Shown: positions 36,473 to 45,725, counted from the stretch's first letter. The stretch: DNA of 64,000 nucleotides from an uncultured Anaerolineaceae bacterium (GCA_964446575.1 CAYUOX010000072.1:3327-67326); one strand, 5' to 3'. A program made the numbers and translations. Notes: generated from the letters alone by a model not told the origin.

Positions 36473-37612
36473 CTACGGCGTTGCCGTGGCCGCGGGGGCC
36501 AAGCCCTGCCACACGAACGTGCGGGCTTCGCTGACCGCGCCGGCTGGCTCCCAAATCGGATTGCCATCCTCATCCGTGCCCACCTGACGCACCGTGACCA
36601 CCGACCAGCGATACACGTGCGGCAGGGCTTCTTGATGCCGAAACTCCTCGGGCACGATAAGTTTGGTGTCGGTCACATAGGCCACCAAACGCCGTTCTTC
36701 GTCGGCGGTGATGTCGACGATGGTCACCGCATAGGCCTCATTGTCGCGCAGTTCGCCCACCGCGGCCCACTGCAAGGTTACCGTATCCGCCAGGTCGTAG
36801 ACCGCGCCATCGGGTGGCAGCAGCAACTGAGGCGCAGGGTAGGGCGGAGGTGGCGTGGGCGTCGGCGTCGGCCCCGGTGTGGGGTTCCGCATGCACAAGG
36901 GAATGACCAACGTCCAGCCTTCTTGCACGAAGTTGTTGACCAGGCCGTTCCACTCTTTGATGGCTTCAATGGGAACATTGTAGTTCAGCGCAATGGCCGA
37001 GAGCGTGTCGTTGGCGCGCACCGTATAAGTGACCTTGCTGCACGCTGTTTCAGTGGCCTCTTGCGGGCTCAACGTGGCCGTGGGCGGAGGCGTCGGTGTG
37101 GGGGTCGGGTGCGGGATGAGCAGTTTCTGCCCGACCACCAGCGTGCAGGTCGTGCCCAGGTTGTTGAGCAGCATGATGGATTGCACCGACACATCAAAGG
37201 TCGCGGCAATCGACAGGCACGTGTCGTTGGCCTGCACGATGTAGGTCAACGGCGTAGGGGTGGGCAACGGTGTGGCGGTGGGCGTTGGGGTGATGGGGGT
37301 GGGGGACGGTGACGGTGTGGCCGTGGCTGTTGGCGATGGCTTTGGCGTGGGTTCGACAATGCGGTTTGTGCCGCTGAGCAGCACATACACCGCGCCCGCA
37401 CCCAAGGCGACGAAAAAGGCCAGCACGGCCAGGGCTACAGGCAAACTGAGGGTAATCTCCGGGAAGCGTCCACTGCGAAAGACCTCGGCCTCAGGAAGCG
37501 CCGCGGCCTCGTCCGCGGCGACATCCAGCGCGGCACCGCACACGGGGCATTGCGTCGCGTCGTCGGGGACGCGCGAACCGCAAGTGGGACACAAACGGGG
37601 TTCTGCGTTCAT
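36473..37612 (-). CDS. Zinc-ribbon / single-TM / LysM-repeat peptidoglycan-binding protein
   Basis: 379 aa. Has CPTCGSRVPDDATQCPVCG, then a TM helix and P/T linkers. Two LysM units follow (TYIVQANDTCLSIAATFDVSVQSIMLLNNL... and TYTVRANDTLSAIALNYNVPIEAIKEWNGL...). Confidence 0.85.
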   Translation of the reverse strand: MNAEPRLCPTCGSRVPDDATQCPVCGAALDVAADEAAALPEAEVFRSGRFPEITLSLPVALAVLAFFVALGAGAVYVLLSGTNRIVEPTPKPSPTATATPSPSPTPITPTPTATPLPTPTPLTYIVQANDTCLSIAATFDVSVQSIMLLNNLGTTCTLVVGQKLLIPHPTPTPTPPPTATLSPQEATETACSKVTYTVRANDTLSAIALNYNVPIEAIKEWNGLVNNFVQEGWTLVIPLCMRNPTPGPTPTPTPPPPYPAPQLLLPPDGAVYDLADTVTLQWAAVGELRDNEAYAVTIVDITADEERRLVAYVTDTKLIVPEEFRHQEALPHVYRWSVVTVRQVGTDEDGNPIWEPAGAVSEARTFVWQGLAPAATATP

Positions 37613-37647
37613 ACTTCCTCTCTCGCCGGGTAGTTCCCAGCCAGCGC

Positions 37648-37656
37648 ATTATACCA
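37648..37656 (-). promoter_or_regulatory. Extended -10 promoter (TGgTATAAT) for the LysM gene
   Basis: The minus strand reads GCGATGGTATAATGCGC, 36 nt upstream of ATG 37612. Confidence 0.55.
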
Positions 37657-37778
37657 TCGCCATGCGTCCAGCGGGAACCGCGCCAAGAGCGTGACCCAAT
37701 CGCAGCAGGGGCAGAACGGTAGAAGACGGCACCTCGCGCGCCCGAGTCGCGCAGCGCGCGGGCCCGTGGCGTTGGGGG

Positions 37779-38627
37779 TCAATCCCACTGATAGGCCACG
37801 CCGACCAAGCCTGGCCCGGTGTGGATGCCCAGCACAGGTCCGATGATTTGGCGGACGACCTCAAGGGGCTGGAGGTGGAGGAGCAAGCCGGCCTCGATGC
37901 CCGCGAGCATGTCGGGGGCGTTGGCGTGCATCAAAGCCAAGCGCAAGTTGGGCTTACCGCGGGTGCGGGCCACGACTTCGTCGATCATGCGCTCCACAGC
38001 CCGCCGGAAGGTATGGGTACGGGCCACCAGCGCGGGCCCACCGTCGCGAATTTCCAACACGGGCAAAATGCGCAGGGCCGCGGCCAGGCGATACTCCAGG
38101 GGCCCCAGGCGACCACTGCGCCGCATGTAAGCCAATGTGCGCGGCACGAACAACATGCCACTGCGGGCGCGGGCCTGGGCCGCGGCCTCCCGAACGCCTT
38201 CCAGATCGGCACCTTGTTTGGCCGCGCGCGCCGCGGCCAGCACCTGGAACCCCAACGCCATGGAGGTGGTCTGCGAATCCTCCACCACGATGCGCGCGTC
38301 CGGAACTTGCTGTCGCGCAGCCAGCGCGGCGCGATAGGTGGCCGAAAAACGGGCTGAAAGGAACAGCCCATAGACATCATGCCCGCTGTAGGCCAACGAC
38401 CGAAACACCTCGGCAAAGGCGTCGGGGCTGGGGTGAGAGGTTGTGGGCAACTCCTTGGTCGTTCCCAAACGGGCGTAGAAGTCCGCGGGCGAAAGGTCAA
38501 CTCCTTCGCGATAGGCGCGGCCTTCCCATAAGATCGATAGCGGGACGACGGTGATGTCGTAGCGCGCGATTTGGTCCGCGGGCAAGTCCGCGGTGCTGTC
38601 GGTCACAATAGCTACAGGTCGTACCAT
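37779..38627 (-). CDS. DegV-family fatty-acid-binding protein
   Basis: 282 aa. VAIVTDSTADLP...ITVVPLSI...ELPTTSHPSP is the DegV signature. Confidence 0.85.
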   Translation of the reverse strand: MVRPVAIVTDSTADLPADQIARYDITVVPLSILWEGRAYREGVDLSPADFYARLGTTKELPTTSHPSPDAFAEVFRSLAYSGHDVYGLFLSARFSATYRAALAARQQVPDARIVVEDSQTTSMALGFQVLAAARAAKQGADLEGVREAAAQARARSGMLFVPRTLAYMRRSGRLGPLEYRLAAALRILPVLEIRDGGPALVARTHTFRRAVERMIDEVVARTRGKPNLRLALMHANAPDMLAGIEAGLLLHLQPLEVVRQIIGPVLGIHTGPGLVGVAYQWD

Positions 38628-38653
38628 TTGGATCCACCTTCCCAGGACTTTCC

Positions 38654-38662
38654 ATTATAGCA
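38654..38662 (-). promoter_or_regulatory. Extended -10 promoter (TGcTATAAT) for degV
   Basis: The minus strand reads CCCGTGCTATAATGGAAAG, 27 nt upstream of ATG 38627. Confidence 0.5.
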
Positions 38663-38669
38663 CGGGTTT

Positions 38670-38703
38670 GGGGGATGGGGGGAATGAATGGGGGGGCCGG
38701 GGG
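38670..38703 (+). other. G-quadruplex-forming motif
   Basis: Four G-tracts of 5, 6, 7 and 5 G (38670-74, 38677-82, 38690-96, 38699-703) are separated by loops of 2, 7 and 2 nt. Confidence 0.4.
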
Positions 38704-38851
38704 ACGAGGGAGAAGAGGCGCGGGCTCATCGGGTGGCAAGGACGAGGCCGGCGGCGGCGTGGGAGGCTTTTGGCAGACTCGTACCTACTGACTGCGTATA
38801 GCCATAGTCTCTCCGCAATGCTCGTTTCAAAGAACAAAAACAACAATGTCT

Positions 38852-38929
38852 GGCGGTGTGCGCGTTGGGGCCGTGGGCGGCTGCGCGAGGCTGGGCGGCG
38901 GTGTGCGCGTTGGGGCGTGGGCGGCTGCG
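38852..38929. repeat. Intergenic direct repeat, 34 nt + 33 nt, 45-nt period
   Basis: GGCGGTGTGCGCGTTGGGG(C)CGTGGGCGGCTGCG occurs at 38852-38885 and at 38897-38929. The copies differ by a single 1-nt indel. Confidence 0.7.
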
Positions 38930-38954
38930 GTGCGGGACGGTATGTGGCGGAGAC

Positions 38955-38984
38955 GAAAAAGGGCGCGGCCGCGCGGCCGCGCCC
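38955..38984 (-). terminator. Intrinsic terminator after the Cys-repeat lipoprotein gene
   Basis: GGGCGCGGCC pairs with GGCCGCGCCC around a 4-nt loop, followed on the minus strand by TTTTTCG. Confidence 0.75.
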
Positions 38985-39010
38985 TGGGCCAACCTCAGCC
39001 AATGCCTGGC

Positions 39011-41413
39011 TTATGGCGCTGAGCAAACCCACCAACACCCATCGTATTCGCAGCTCTCCCATTCCGAACCGTCGTTGCAGTACCACAAACCTTGGTTCGC
39101 GTCATACCAACAGGCGTCGTCGGCTTCACAATCATTGTCGCCAAAGCTCACGCTACACACCCAGTCGCAACCGTCGTATTGGCAATCGTCCCATTGGTCG
39201 CCGTCATTGCAACTCCAGGTGTTGTCTGGGTTCTGCCAGCAGTAATCCGCAGGAAGACACGCGGATGGCTGCCCTTCGCAGTACCACCAGCACCCGTCGT
39301 AGTTGCAGGTTGTCCATTGGCTGCCGTCGTTGCAGTACCACGTGCCATCCACGTCTTGCCAACAGGCATCGGGGAGTTCGCATTGGGCCGAGTCGTTGCT
39401 GTCGCAGATCCACCAACACCCATCGTAATAGCAGGTCGCCCATTGACTGCCATCGTCGCAGTACCACGTGCCATCCACGTCTTCCCAGCAAGCATTGGGG
39501 GCTTCGCAGGTTTGGACCTCGCCCTCACAGAGCCAATCGCAGCCGTTGTAGTTGCAGAGATCCCAGAGCGAGCCGTCTTCACAAAGCCACAAGCCTACGT
39601 TCGCGTCGTAGAAGCACGCGTCCGGTGAGGCGCAGGTCCACGGCACGTTCTCGCACTGCCAAGCGCAGCCATCATACGTGCACTCGTCCCACAAGAATTC
39701 ATCGCCGCAGTTCCACATCCCCAGCGCGTCGTCGTAGGTGCACATGTCGTCGGGTTGGCAAGTGTCGTCATCCGGAGCAGTGCCCCCAGATTCGCAGTTC
39801 CACCAACAGCCATCGTAGTCGCAGGTTTGGAACGCCATGCCGTTGTCGCAAGCCCACGTGCCATCGGCCTGCGGGTGGCACAAATCTGCAGGTTGGCACT
39901 CGACCAGCAAATTGGAGCATTCCCAAGTGCAGTTGTCGACATAAGTGCACGATTCCCAGGCCCCATCGGAGCACTTCCACAAGTTGTCTCGGGCCAACTC
40001 GCAGTCGTTGGGCAGGTCGCACGCGGCTTGCTGCCCGCTGCAGATCACGGTGCAGTCGGAGGTAATGACCGTGCATTGTTCAGCCGCGTATTCGGTGGGT
40101 ACGCCTGCCTCATCGCACAAGGCGGAGCCGTCGGGTTGCAGGGTGCAGCCTGCGTTTTCAAACGCGGTTTGCACCTCGCAGACCTCGCCACACTTCCATG
40201 AGCACGTGTCGGGGTCCCAAGTGCAGTCGATCAATTGCGCGGAGGCGATTTCTGAGCCGGCCATATCGTAGCATTGCCACTGGTTGGGCTTGCCCGCGGT
40301 TGGCATGCAGACATCGTAAGGTGGCGGCTTGATCTGGCACGTTTCGGCCGTGGTGGCGACGGTAAACCATTCCTCGCCGGTGCACAGGCAAGGTTCGTCA
40401 CCGGTGGGTTCAAAGCCAAACGCGGCTCGACACGTGCTATCGACCTCGGCCACGGCTTTGATGGGGTAGTTGGGGGAGCGGGTGTAGGGCTCGCCGGCTT
40501 GGCTCAGGGTGTAGGCGTCGTGCAGCACCATGCGCTGCGGGTCTCGCACGCCGCTATCGGCCCAGGCTTGCCATAAGAAACCCTCGATTTGGGCGTTGAA
40601 CACCGATTTGTGGATCGCAAGCAGCACCAAGGGCACGCTTTGCTCGTCCGGCTTTTCCCATGTCCACATAGCCCAGGCCAGGCCACGTTTTTGTTGTGCC
40701 CCGTCATAGACCACGGTCTCGTAGCCGTCGCCCTGGAATGGCGCGTCGCTGCCGCAAATTTGTTGGCCTTCGACATCGCCGTTCGCGTCGCGACGCACCT
40801 CCACGCCCTTTTCTTGCCATTGTTGCGCGGTGAGCGGACCTTTCACCCGCACCAGCCAGTCGCCACGGCCATCGCGGTTGAGGTCCATCTCCAGGGCGTA
40901 GTCGCCTTGGGGCGCGTTGGCACCTTCGCGCAGGCCATACAGGCGCAGGCCCAGAATGTACCAGTCTTGGTGGGCCACCAGGGTGGCCAGGGTGATGTCC
41001 AGGTCAGGGTAGTAATTTTGTTGGGTTTGGGACGAGAAGGGGCGTTCGTAGACATTGATCGCGTAGGCGTCACCACCTCGGGGGTCGAAGCCCTTTCTTG
41101 TGGGGAAGGCCAGCAGGCCGGACGGGTAGTCGGGCATGGCCGTGTATTGCTGGTCCTTGACCTGCTGGGTTAGGCCGTAGAAGGCGGCAGCGGTGGTGGG
41201 CAATGGGGTGGGGATGGGTTGGGACGTGGGTTGGGCCAAGGCCTTGGGGGTTGGCGCGCTCGCGGCCGTGGGTGGCGGCGAGGTCGGCGCTACGGTGGGC
41301 ATGGGGGTGGCCTTGTTCCCTGAACACGCGGCCAGTAAGAGCACCAGCAACACGGTCAGCACGCCACAGGCGCGCTGCCGGCTGCTACATCGGTAGAAGA
41401 GGATTCGAAACAT
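39011..41413 (-). CDS. Large exported lipoprotein with eight C-terminal tandem 6-cysteine/Trp-rich repeats, unknown family
   Basis: 800 aa from ATG 41413 (GGGAGG lies 7 nt upstream; the track start TTG 41437 is less likely). The signal plus lipobox is VLTVLLVLLLAAC, followed by a P/T linker. The C-terminal 336 aa form eight ~41-aa repeats. Confidence 0.8.
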   Translation of the reverse strand: MFRILFYRCSSRQRACGVLTVLLVLLLAACSGNKATPMPTVAPTSPPPTAASAPTPKALAQPTSQPIPTPLPTTAAAFYGLTQQVKDQQYTAMPDYPSGLLAFPTRKGFDPRGGDAYAINVYERPFSSQTQQNYYPDLDITLATLVAHQDWYILGLRLYGLREGANAPQGDYALEMDLNRDGRGDWLVRVKGPLTAQQWQEKGVEVRRDANGDVEGQQICGSDAPFQGDGYETVVYDGAQQKRGLAWAMWTWEKPDEQSVPLVLLAIHKSVFNAQIEGFLWQAWADSGVRDPQRMVLHDAYTLSQAGEPYTRSPNYPIKAVAEVDSTCRAAFGFEPTGDEPCLCTGEEWFTVATTAETCQIKPPPYDVCMPTAGKPNQWQCYDMAGSEIASAQLIDCTWDPDTCSWKCGEVCEVQTAFENAGCTLQPDGSALCDEAGVPTEYAAEQCTVITSDCTVICSGQQAACDLPNDCELARDNLWKCSDGAWESCTYVDNCTWECSNLLVECQPADLCHPQADGTWACDNGMAFQTCDYDGCWWNCESGGTAPDDDTCQPDDMCTYDDALGMWNCGDEFLWDECTYDGCAWQCENVPWTCASPDACFYDANVGLWLCEDGSLWDLCNYNGCDWLCEGEVQTCEAPNACWEDVDGTWYCDDGSQWATCYYDGCWWICDSNDSAQCELPDACWQDVDGTWYCNDGSQWTTCNYDGCWWYCEGQPSACLPADYCWQNPDNTWSCNDGDQWDDCQYDGCDWVCSVSFGDNDCEADDACWYDANQGLWYCNDGSEWESCEYDGCWWVCSAP
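39014..40021 (-). repeat. Coding tandem repeat array, 8 units of 39-46 aa
   Basis: Each unit follows C-x5-C-x9-10-C-x7-8-C-x4-5-C-x3-C with a conserved W before Cys3 and a conserved Y-[DN]-G-C-x-W-x-C. An example is CELPDACWQDVDGTWYCNDGSQWTTCNYDGCWWYC. The units are diverged at the DNA level. Confidence 0.85.
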
Positions 41414-41580
41414 GGTTGTACCTCCCTCGGTAACCAAGCGACGGACCGTTCTGCGAATCTCATAAAGGGCTTTCGTCAGGCCAGCGTCAGGGAGGCTGGG
41501 CGCCAGCGCTCCTCAGCAGCGCGCGGTAGAATGGAGGCGCTGAGGCGCGCCCTTGCCGGGCCGCGTGGCGGAGGAGAGCC

Positions 41581-42921
41581 ATGGATCAAGCACCCGATTT
41601 GTTCGATCACGCGCAGCGTCACGACGCGGCGCAGCACATGCCTTTGGCCGCGCGCATGCGGCCCCGCACGTTGGATGAATTCGTCGGGCAAACGCATTTG
41701 GTCGGGCCGGGCCAGCCTTTGCGTCGGGCGGTCGAGCATGGCCGCGGGTTCCCTTCCCTCATCTTGTGGGGACCACCCGGCACGGGCAAAACCACCTTGG
41801 CCCACATTCTGGCCCGGTCGTGGGACGCGCATTTCGTCGCGCTTTCGGCTGTGTTGGCTGGCAAGGCCGACCTGGTGCGGGCCATCGAGACCGCGCGCGA
41901 GCAGCGCAAGTATTTTGGGCGGCGCACTGTGCTGTTCGTTGACGAAGTGCATCGTTGGAACAAGGCCCAGCAAGACGCGCTGTTGCCGTATGTGGAAGAT
42001 GGGACGCTCATTTTCATCGGCGCGACAACCGAAAACCCGTACTTCGAGGTCATTGCCGCGCTGGTGTCGCGGTCGCAGGTGTTTCAACTGCACCCCTTGA
42101 CGGCGGAGCAGGTGCGGCAGGTGCTGACGCGCGCACTGAACGACCCGCGGGGCTATGGTGGGCAGGCCGTAGAAGTGACCGACGAGGCGCTGGATTTCTT
42201 GGCCCAGGCCGCGGGCGGCGACGCGCGGCGGGCGCTCAACGCGTTGGAGATGGCCGTCGAGAGCCGTTCCCCCGACGCTCAGGGTGTGCGACGGGTGGAC
42301 TTGCCCTGGATGCAGGCCGTGCTTCAACGCCGCGCGGTGCGCTATGACAAGGCGGGCGACGCGCACTACGACACCATTTCCGCGTTCATCAAGTCGGTGC
42401 GTGGGTCTGACCCTGACGCGGCCCTGTATTGGCTGGCCGTGATGCTCGAGGCCGGCGAAGACCCCCGCTTCATTTTGCGCCGGCTGCTCATCTTGGCCGC
42501 GGAAGACGTTGGCTTGGCCGACCCCCAGGCCTTGGTGCACACCGTGGCCGCGGCTCAAGCCTTTGATCGGGTCGGCTTACCTGAAGGATATTACCATTTG
42601 GCCCAGGCCACGCTCTATTTGGCCACCGCGCCCAAATCCAACAGCACCAAGGCAATTTTCGCCGCGCAAGATTTCATTCGCCAGCATGGCGTGGGGCCGG
42701 TGCCCCTGCACCTGCGCGACAGCCATCGAGATCGCGAGGCCCTGGGCCACGGGCAGGGTTATCAGTATCCTCACGACGAGCCTGGGCATTTTGTGCGTCA
42801 AGTCTATCGGCCGCCCGAGGCCCAAACGGCCCGCTTTTATGTTCCCTCAGGCCAAGGCTACGAGCAGGCCATTGCCCAGCGTTTGCGGGCCTGGTGGGGC
42901 GAGGACGCCGACGCCGCGTAA
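41581..42921 (+). CDS. rarA: Replication-associated recombination protein A (MgsA/RarA AAA+ ATPase)
   Basis: 446 aa. Carries LAARMRPRTLDEFVGQTHL, the Walker A GPPGTGKTT and a C-terminal ...HLRDSHRDREALGHGQGYQYPHD. Confidence 0.9.
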   Translation: MDQAPDLFDHAQRHDAAQHMPLAARMRPRTLDEFVGQTHLVGPGQPLRRAVEHGRGFPSLILWGPPGTGKTTLAHILARSWDAHFVALSAVLAGKADLVRAIETAREQRKYFGRRTVLFVDEVHRWNKAQQDALLPYVEDGTLIFIGATTENPYFEVIAALVSRSQVFQLHPLTAEQVRQVLTRALNDPRGYGGQAVEVTDEALDFLAQAAGGDARRALNALEMAVESRSPDAQGVRRVDLPWMQAVLQRRAVRYDKAGDAHYDTISAFIKSVRGSDPDAALYWLAVMLEAGEDPRFILRRLLILAAEDVGLADPQALVHTVAAAQAFDRVGLPEGYYHLAQATLYLATAPKSNSTKAIFAAQDFIRQHGVGPVPLHLRDSHRDREALGHGQGYQYPHDEPGHFVRQVYRPPEAQTARFYVPSGQGYEQAIAQRLRAWWGEDADAA

Positions 42922-42928
42922 GGGCCTG

Positions 42929-42955
42929 GCCGCGCGCCTCGTGGTGGCGCGCGGC
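42929..42955. terminator. GC hairpin between convergent rarA and a membrane-protein gene (no U-tract)
   Basis: GCCGCGCGCC pairs with GGCGCGCGGC around a 7-nt loop. Confidence 0.35.
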
Positions 42956-43010
42956 AACCTCGCGGCGCGGGGCTGCGTTTGAGGCGCGTTCGCGCGCGCC
43001 GCGGGGCTGT

Positions 43011-43385
43011 TCAGCACTCGCCGCGCTCGCGGCGCGCGGCCTTGTAGTAGGGGTCCGCGTACACGGCCACCGAATTTTCGATGAACATGAACAGCAGCAC
43101 GCCGGTAAGGGCTTCGTACACGAACCCCTCGGTGGCTCGGAAGAAGGCCATGATGAACGCGGCCAGCCCGCCCACGATCAAGGCCATCTTGAGCGCGTTC
43201 ATCGGCCGCGGGGTGGCCAACGGCACCAGGCGCATCCACATCCACAGCATCAAGCCGGTGAACAGCCAGCGCCAGTAGGGGGTCATGCCAGGCACGCCCC
43301 CGACCACGAGAAAGAACGACACGGCCGCAGCCCACAGTCCTGCGGCCCAATGCAGGGAACGAAAGAACGAGGCTCGGCGTTGCAT
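43011..43385 (-). CDS. Hypothetical small membrane protein
   Basis: 124 aa with 3-4 hydrophobic helices. GAGGAG precedes ATG 43385. Confidence 0.6.
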   Translation of the reverse strand: MQRRASFFRSLHWAAGLWAAAVSFFLVVGGVPGMTPYWRWLFTGLMLWMWMRLVPLATPRPMNALKMALIVGGLAAFIMAFFRATEGFVYEALTGVLLFMFIENSVAVYADPYYKAARRERGEC

Positions 43386-43423
43386 GGCTCACTCCTCAAG
43401 AAACGCGTGGTGTGCGGGCGGAC

Positions 43424-43458
43424 CAAAAATTCAGGGCACGACAACAGCCGTGCCCTGA
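43424..43458 (-). terminator. Intrinsic terminator after the PBP gene
   Basis: TCAGGGCACG pairs with CGTGCCCTGA around an 8-nt loop, followed on the minus strand by ATTTTTGG. Confidence 0.75.
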
Positions 43459-43463
43459 TGTGC

Positions 43464-45725
43464 TCATCCTCCGAAGGCGGAAGGTTGCGGCGCGAAGCCT
43501 TGCCCTTCGGGCGGCGTCTCTTCGCCTTCCTCCTCTTCCTCTTTCTTGACGCCGAAACTTTCTTCCCAGGGGTAGAGCGTATAGGGCTTGTCGTAGAAGT
43601 AGGCCTCCAGAATGCGTCGAGTGACGGGCGCGGCAAAGTTGCCGCCCGAGCCGCCGTGTTCCAGCACGACCACCACCGCGATGTCGGGCCGGTCAGGATC
43701 TTGTCCGTCGGTGAAGGCCACGAACCACGCGTGGGGTTCAACGCCGGCCATGGTCTCCGCGGTGCCGGTCTTGCCGTAGGTCGGAATCGGCCAGTTGGGG
43801 AACACATGGTGGGCCGTGCCGTCGGGGTGATGGACCACCTGGTACATGCCCTCGCGCAGCGCGGCCAACGTCTCGGGTGAAATGGGCAGGGTGCCTTGTT
43901 CTTCCACCGTGAATTGGGTCACGATCTGCCCGTTGGCGTCGACGGCTTTTTCGACCAGTTGCGGCCGCAACAAACGCCCTCCATTGCCGATGGCCGCGAC
44001 CATGCGGGCGATTTGCAGGGGCGTGACCAGCACATCGCCCTGGCCAATGGCTTGGTTGACCGCGTCGAACGCGGATTGGGGCACGGGGATGTAGCCGGCC
44101 TCTTCTTCAATTTGTTCGATGCCCGTGGGCTGGCCCAAGCCAAATCCCAGTGCCATGTCGTGCACCGCGGTGGTGTAGCCCGCGTTGTACATCGCCAAGC
44201 CCAAGTGCCAGAAGAACGGATTGCACGACCGCCGCAGGCCCCCAATGATGTTGAGAGGCCCACTGGGTGGCAGTTCGTATTCCAAGGTCCAGTCGGTGAG
44301 GGTCACGCCTTGCAATTCGGTGAACTCATAGCCGCAGTCGTAGATGTAGTCCAAGTTGACGATGCCCGTTTCCAGGGCCGCGGCCATGGTGACCAGTTTG
44401 AACACCGAACCGGGGGGATATTGCCCTTGTGCGGCGCGGTTGAGCAGCGGGTCGCCGGGGTTTTGGAAGATGGCCTGCAGTTCGGCTTGGCTGTTGTAGT
44501 TGTTGGGCTCGAACGCGTTGGGGTTGAACCCCGGTCGTGAGCACATTGCCAGCACGCGGCCTGTGTCGCGTTCCAAGACCACCGCGGCAGCCGCGGCAAA
44601 GTCTTTGATGGCAAAGCAGGTCCAGCGCTGCAAGTCCAGGTTCAAGGTGCTGTAAATGGTGCCGGGCAAACCAGGGTCGGCTTGGCCCAGGGTGGCCACG
44701 ACCTCTTGGGAGGCCGGATCTAAGACGTGCAGCACGCCCCCGCTATGGCCGCGCAAGATGTCTTCCCCCCACCGCTCCAGGCCGGCCCGCCCGACGCGCG
44801 CGCCGATGGAATACCCCCGCCGGCGATAGTAATCGACCTCGTCAGGCTGGATGGGACTGACATACCCCACTGTGTGGGCGGTCTCCGCGTCCCAATAGTA
44901 ATGGCGGCCGGTGTAGGCTTGCACGATCACGCCGCTGAAACTCAGGAGCGCGTCGTACCACGGTTGCAGGCGTTCCGCGGGTTGTTCATCGACGGCGATA
45001 TACCACTCTGGTTGCGCATAGGCATAGAGTTTGGCAATGTCTTCGGCGCGGCGTTCGGTGATGCGGGCCAGCAGGCTCAGCAGTTTGCCTTCTTCGTCTT
45101 CGGGAATTTGCCCCGGCACTACGCCGATGGCATAGCCCTCGGTCACTGTGGCCAACACCGTGCCTTGGCGATCTAAGATGTCGCCCCGCTGGGGTTGGAG
45201 CACTTCCAGCCGCAGGCGCCGGCCGCCGGCCAGTTCGGGCAGCAACATCGCGGGGTCCCACTGAACCCGCCAGACGCCGTCTTCCAAGTGTAGGTTCATC
45301 GCGGTCTCGCGGGTTAGGTCGCCGAAGATGACTGTGCGATAGGTGAGGCGATAGCGCACTTGGGCCTGCTCGCCTTGCACCAGCGCGGAGAGCATGTCAA
45401 AGTCCACCTGCAAGGCGGTGGTCTCAACCAGCACGTGGCGCAGATAGTCCGCGAAGTCGTCCAGGGTGAGCGCGTCGCGGCTCACTTGCGTGAGCATCGC
45501 GTACATGGCTGGATAATCTTCTTCGGGCCAGGCCCGCAAGAAGGCTTCAGTGACGGCTTCGGGGGATGGCGGCAAGGGTGTTGCCGTGGCCGTGACCGGC
45601 AGCGGGGTCGGGGGGGCGGTGGCCGGGGGCTGGGTAGGTGTTGCCGATGCCCGACCGCACCCCACCAACGCACCGACGGCGACCAAGGCGGTCAGAAAGG
45701 CCAGCCAGAAATACCGGGCGTTCAT
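43464..45725 (-). CDS. Class B penicillin-binding protein (transpeptidase) with an NTF2-like MecA_N-type N-terminal domain
   Basis: 753 aa from ATG 45725. Has a lipobox-like ALVGC. The N-terminal segment PEAVTEAFLRAW...VRYRLTY...VWRVQWDPAML looks NTF2-like. The SxxK motif is GSVFK, and KTGTAE is also present. Confidence 0.9.
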   Translation of the reverse strand: MNARYFWLAFLTALVAVGALVGCGRASATPTQPPATAPPTPLPVTATATPLPPSPEAVTEAFLRAWPEEDYPAMYAMLTQVSRDALTLDDFADYLRHVLVETTALQVDFDMLSALVQGEQAQVRYRLTYRTVIFGDLTRETAMNLHLEDGVWRVQWDPAMLLPELAGGRRLRLEVLQPQRGDILDRQGTVLATVTEGYAIGVVPGQIPEDEEGKLLSLLARITERRAEDIAKLYAYAQPEWYIAVDEQPAERLQPWYDALLSFSGVIVQAYTGRHYYWDAETAHTVGYVSPIQPDEVDYYRRRGYSIGARVGRAGLERWGEDILRGHSGGVLHVLDPASQEVVATLGQADPGLPGTIYSTLNLDLQRWTCFAIKDFAAAAAVVLERDTGRVLAMCSRPGFNPNAFEPNNYNSQAELQAIFQNPGDPLLNRAAQGQYPPGSVFKLVTMAAALETGIVNLDYIYDCGYEFTELQGVTLTDWTLEYELPPSGPLNIIGGLRRSCNPFFWHLGLAMYNAGYTTAVHDMALGFGLGQPTGIEQIEEEAGYIPVPQSAFDAVNQAIGQGDVLVTPLQIARMVAAIGNGGRLLRPQLVEKAVDANGQIVTQFTVEEQGTLPISPETLAALREGMYQVVHHPDGTAHHVFPNWPIPTYGKTGTAETMAGVEPHAWFVAFTDGQDPDRPDIAVVVVLEHGGSGGNFAAPVTRRILEAYFYDKPYTLYPWEESFGVKKEEEEEGEETPPEGQGFAPQPSAFGG

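Noticed and set aside
36800-37400. Short periodic DNA repeats (ACGCCNACNCC-type) in the LysM gene, and similarly at 27690-27800, 41180-41300 and 45560-45640, considered as tandem repeats or CRISPR-like arrays.
   Set aside because: They are in-frame Pro/Thr/Ser linker codons of exported proteins. They are not spaced identical repeats.
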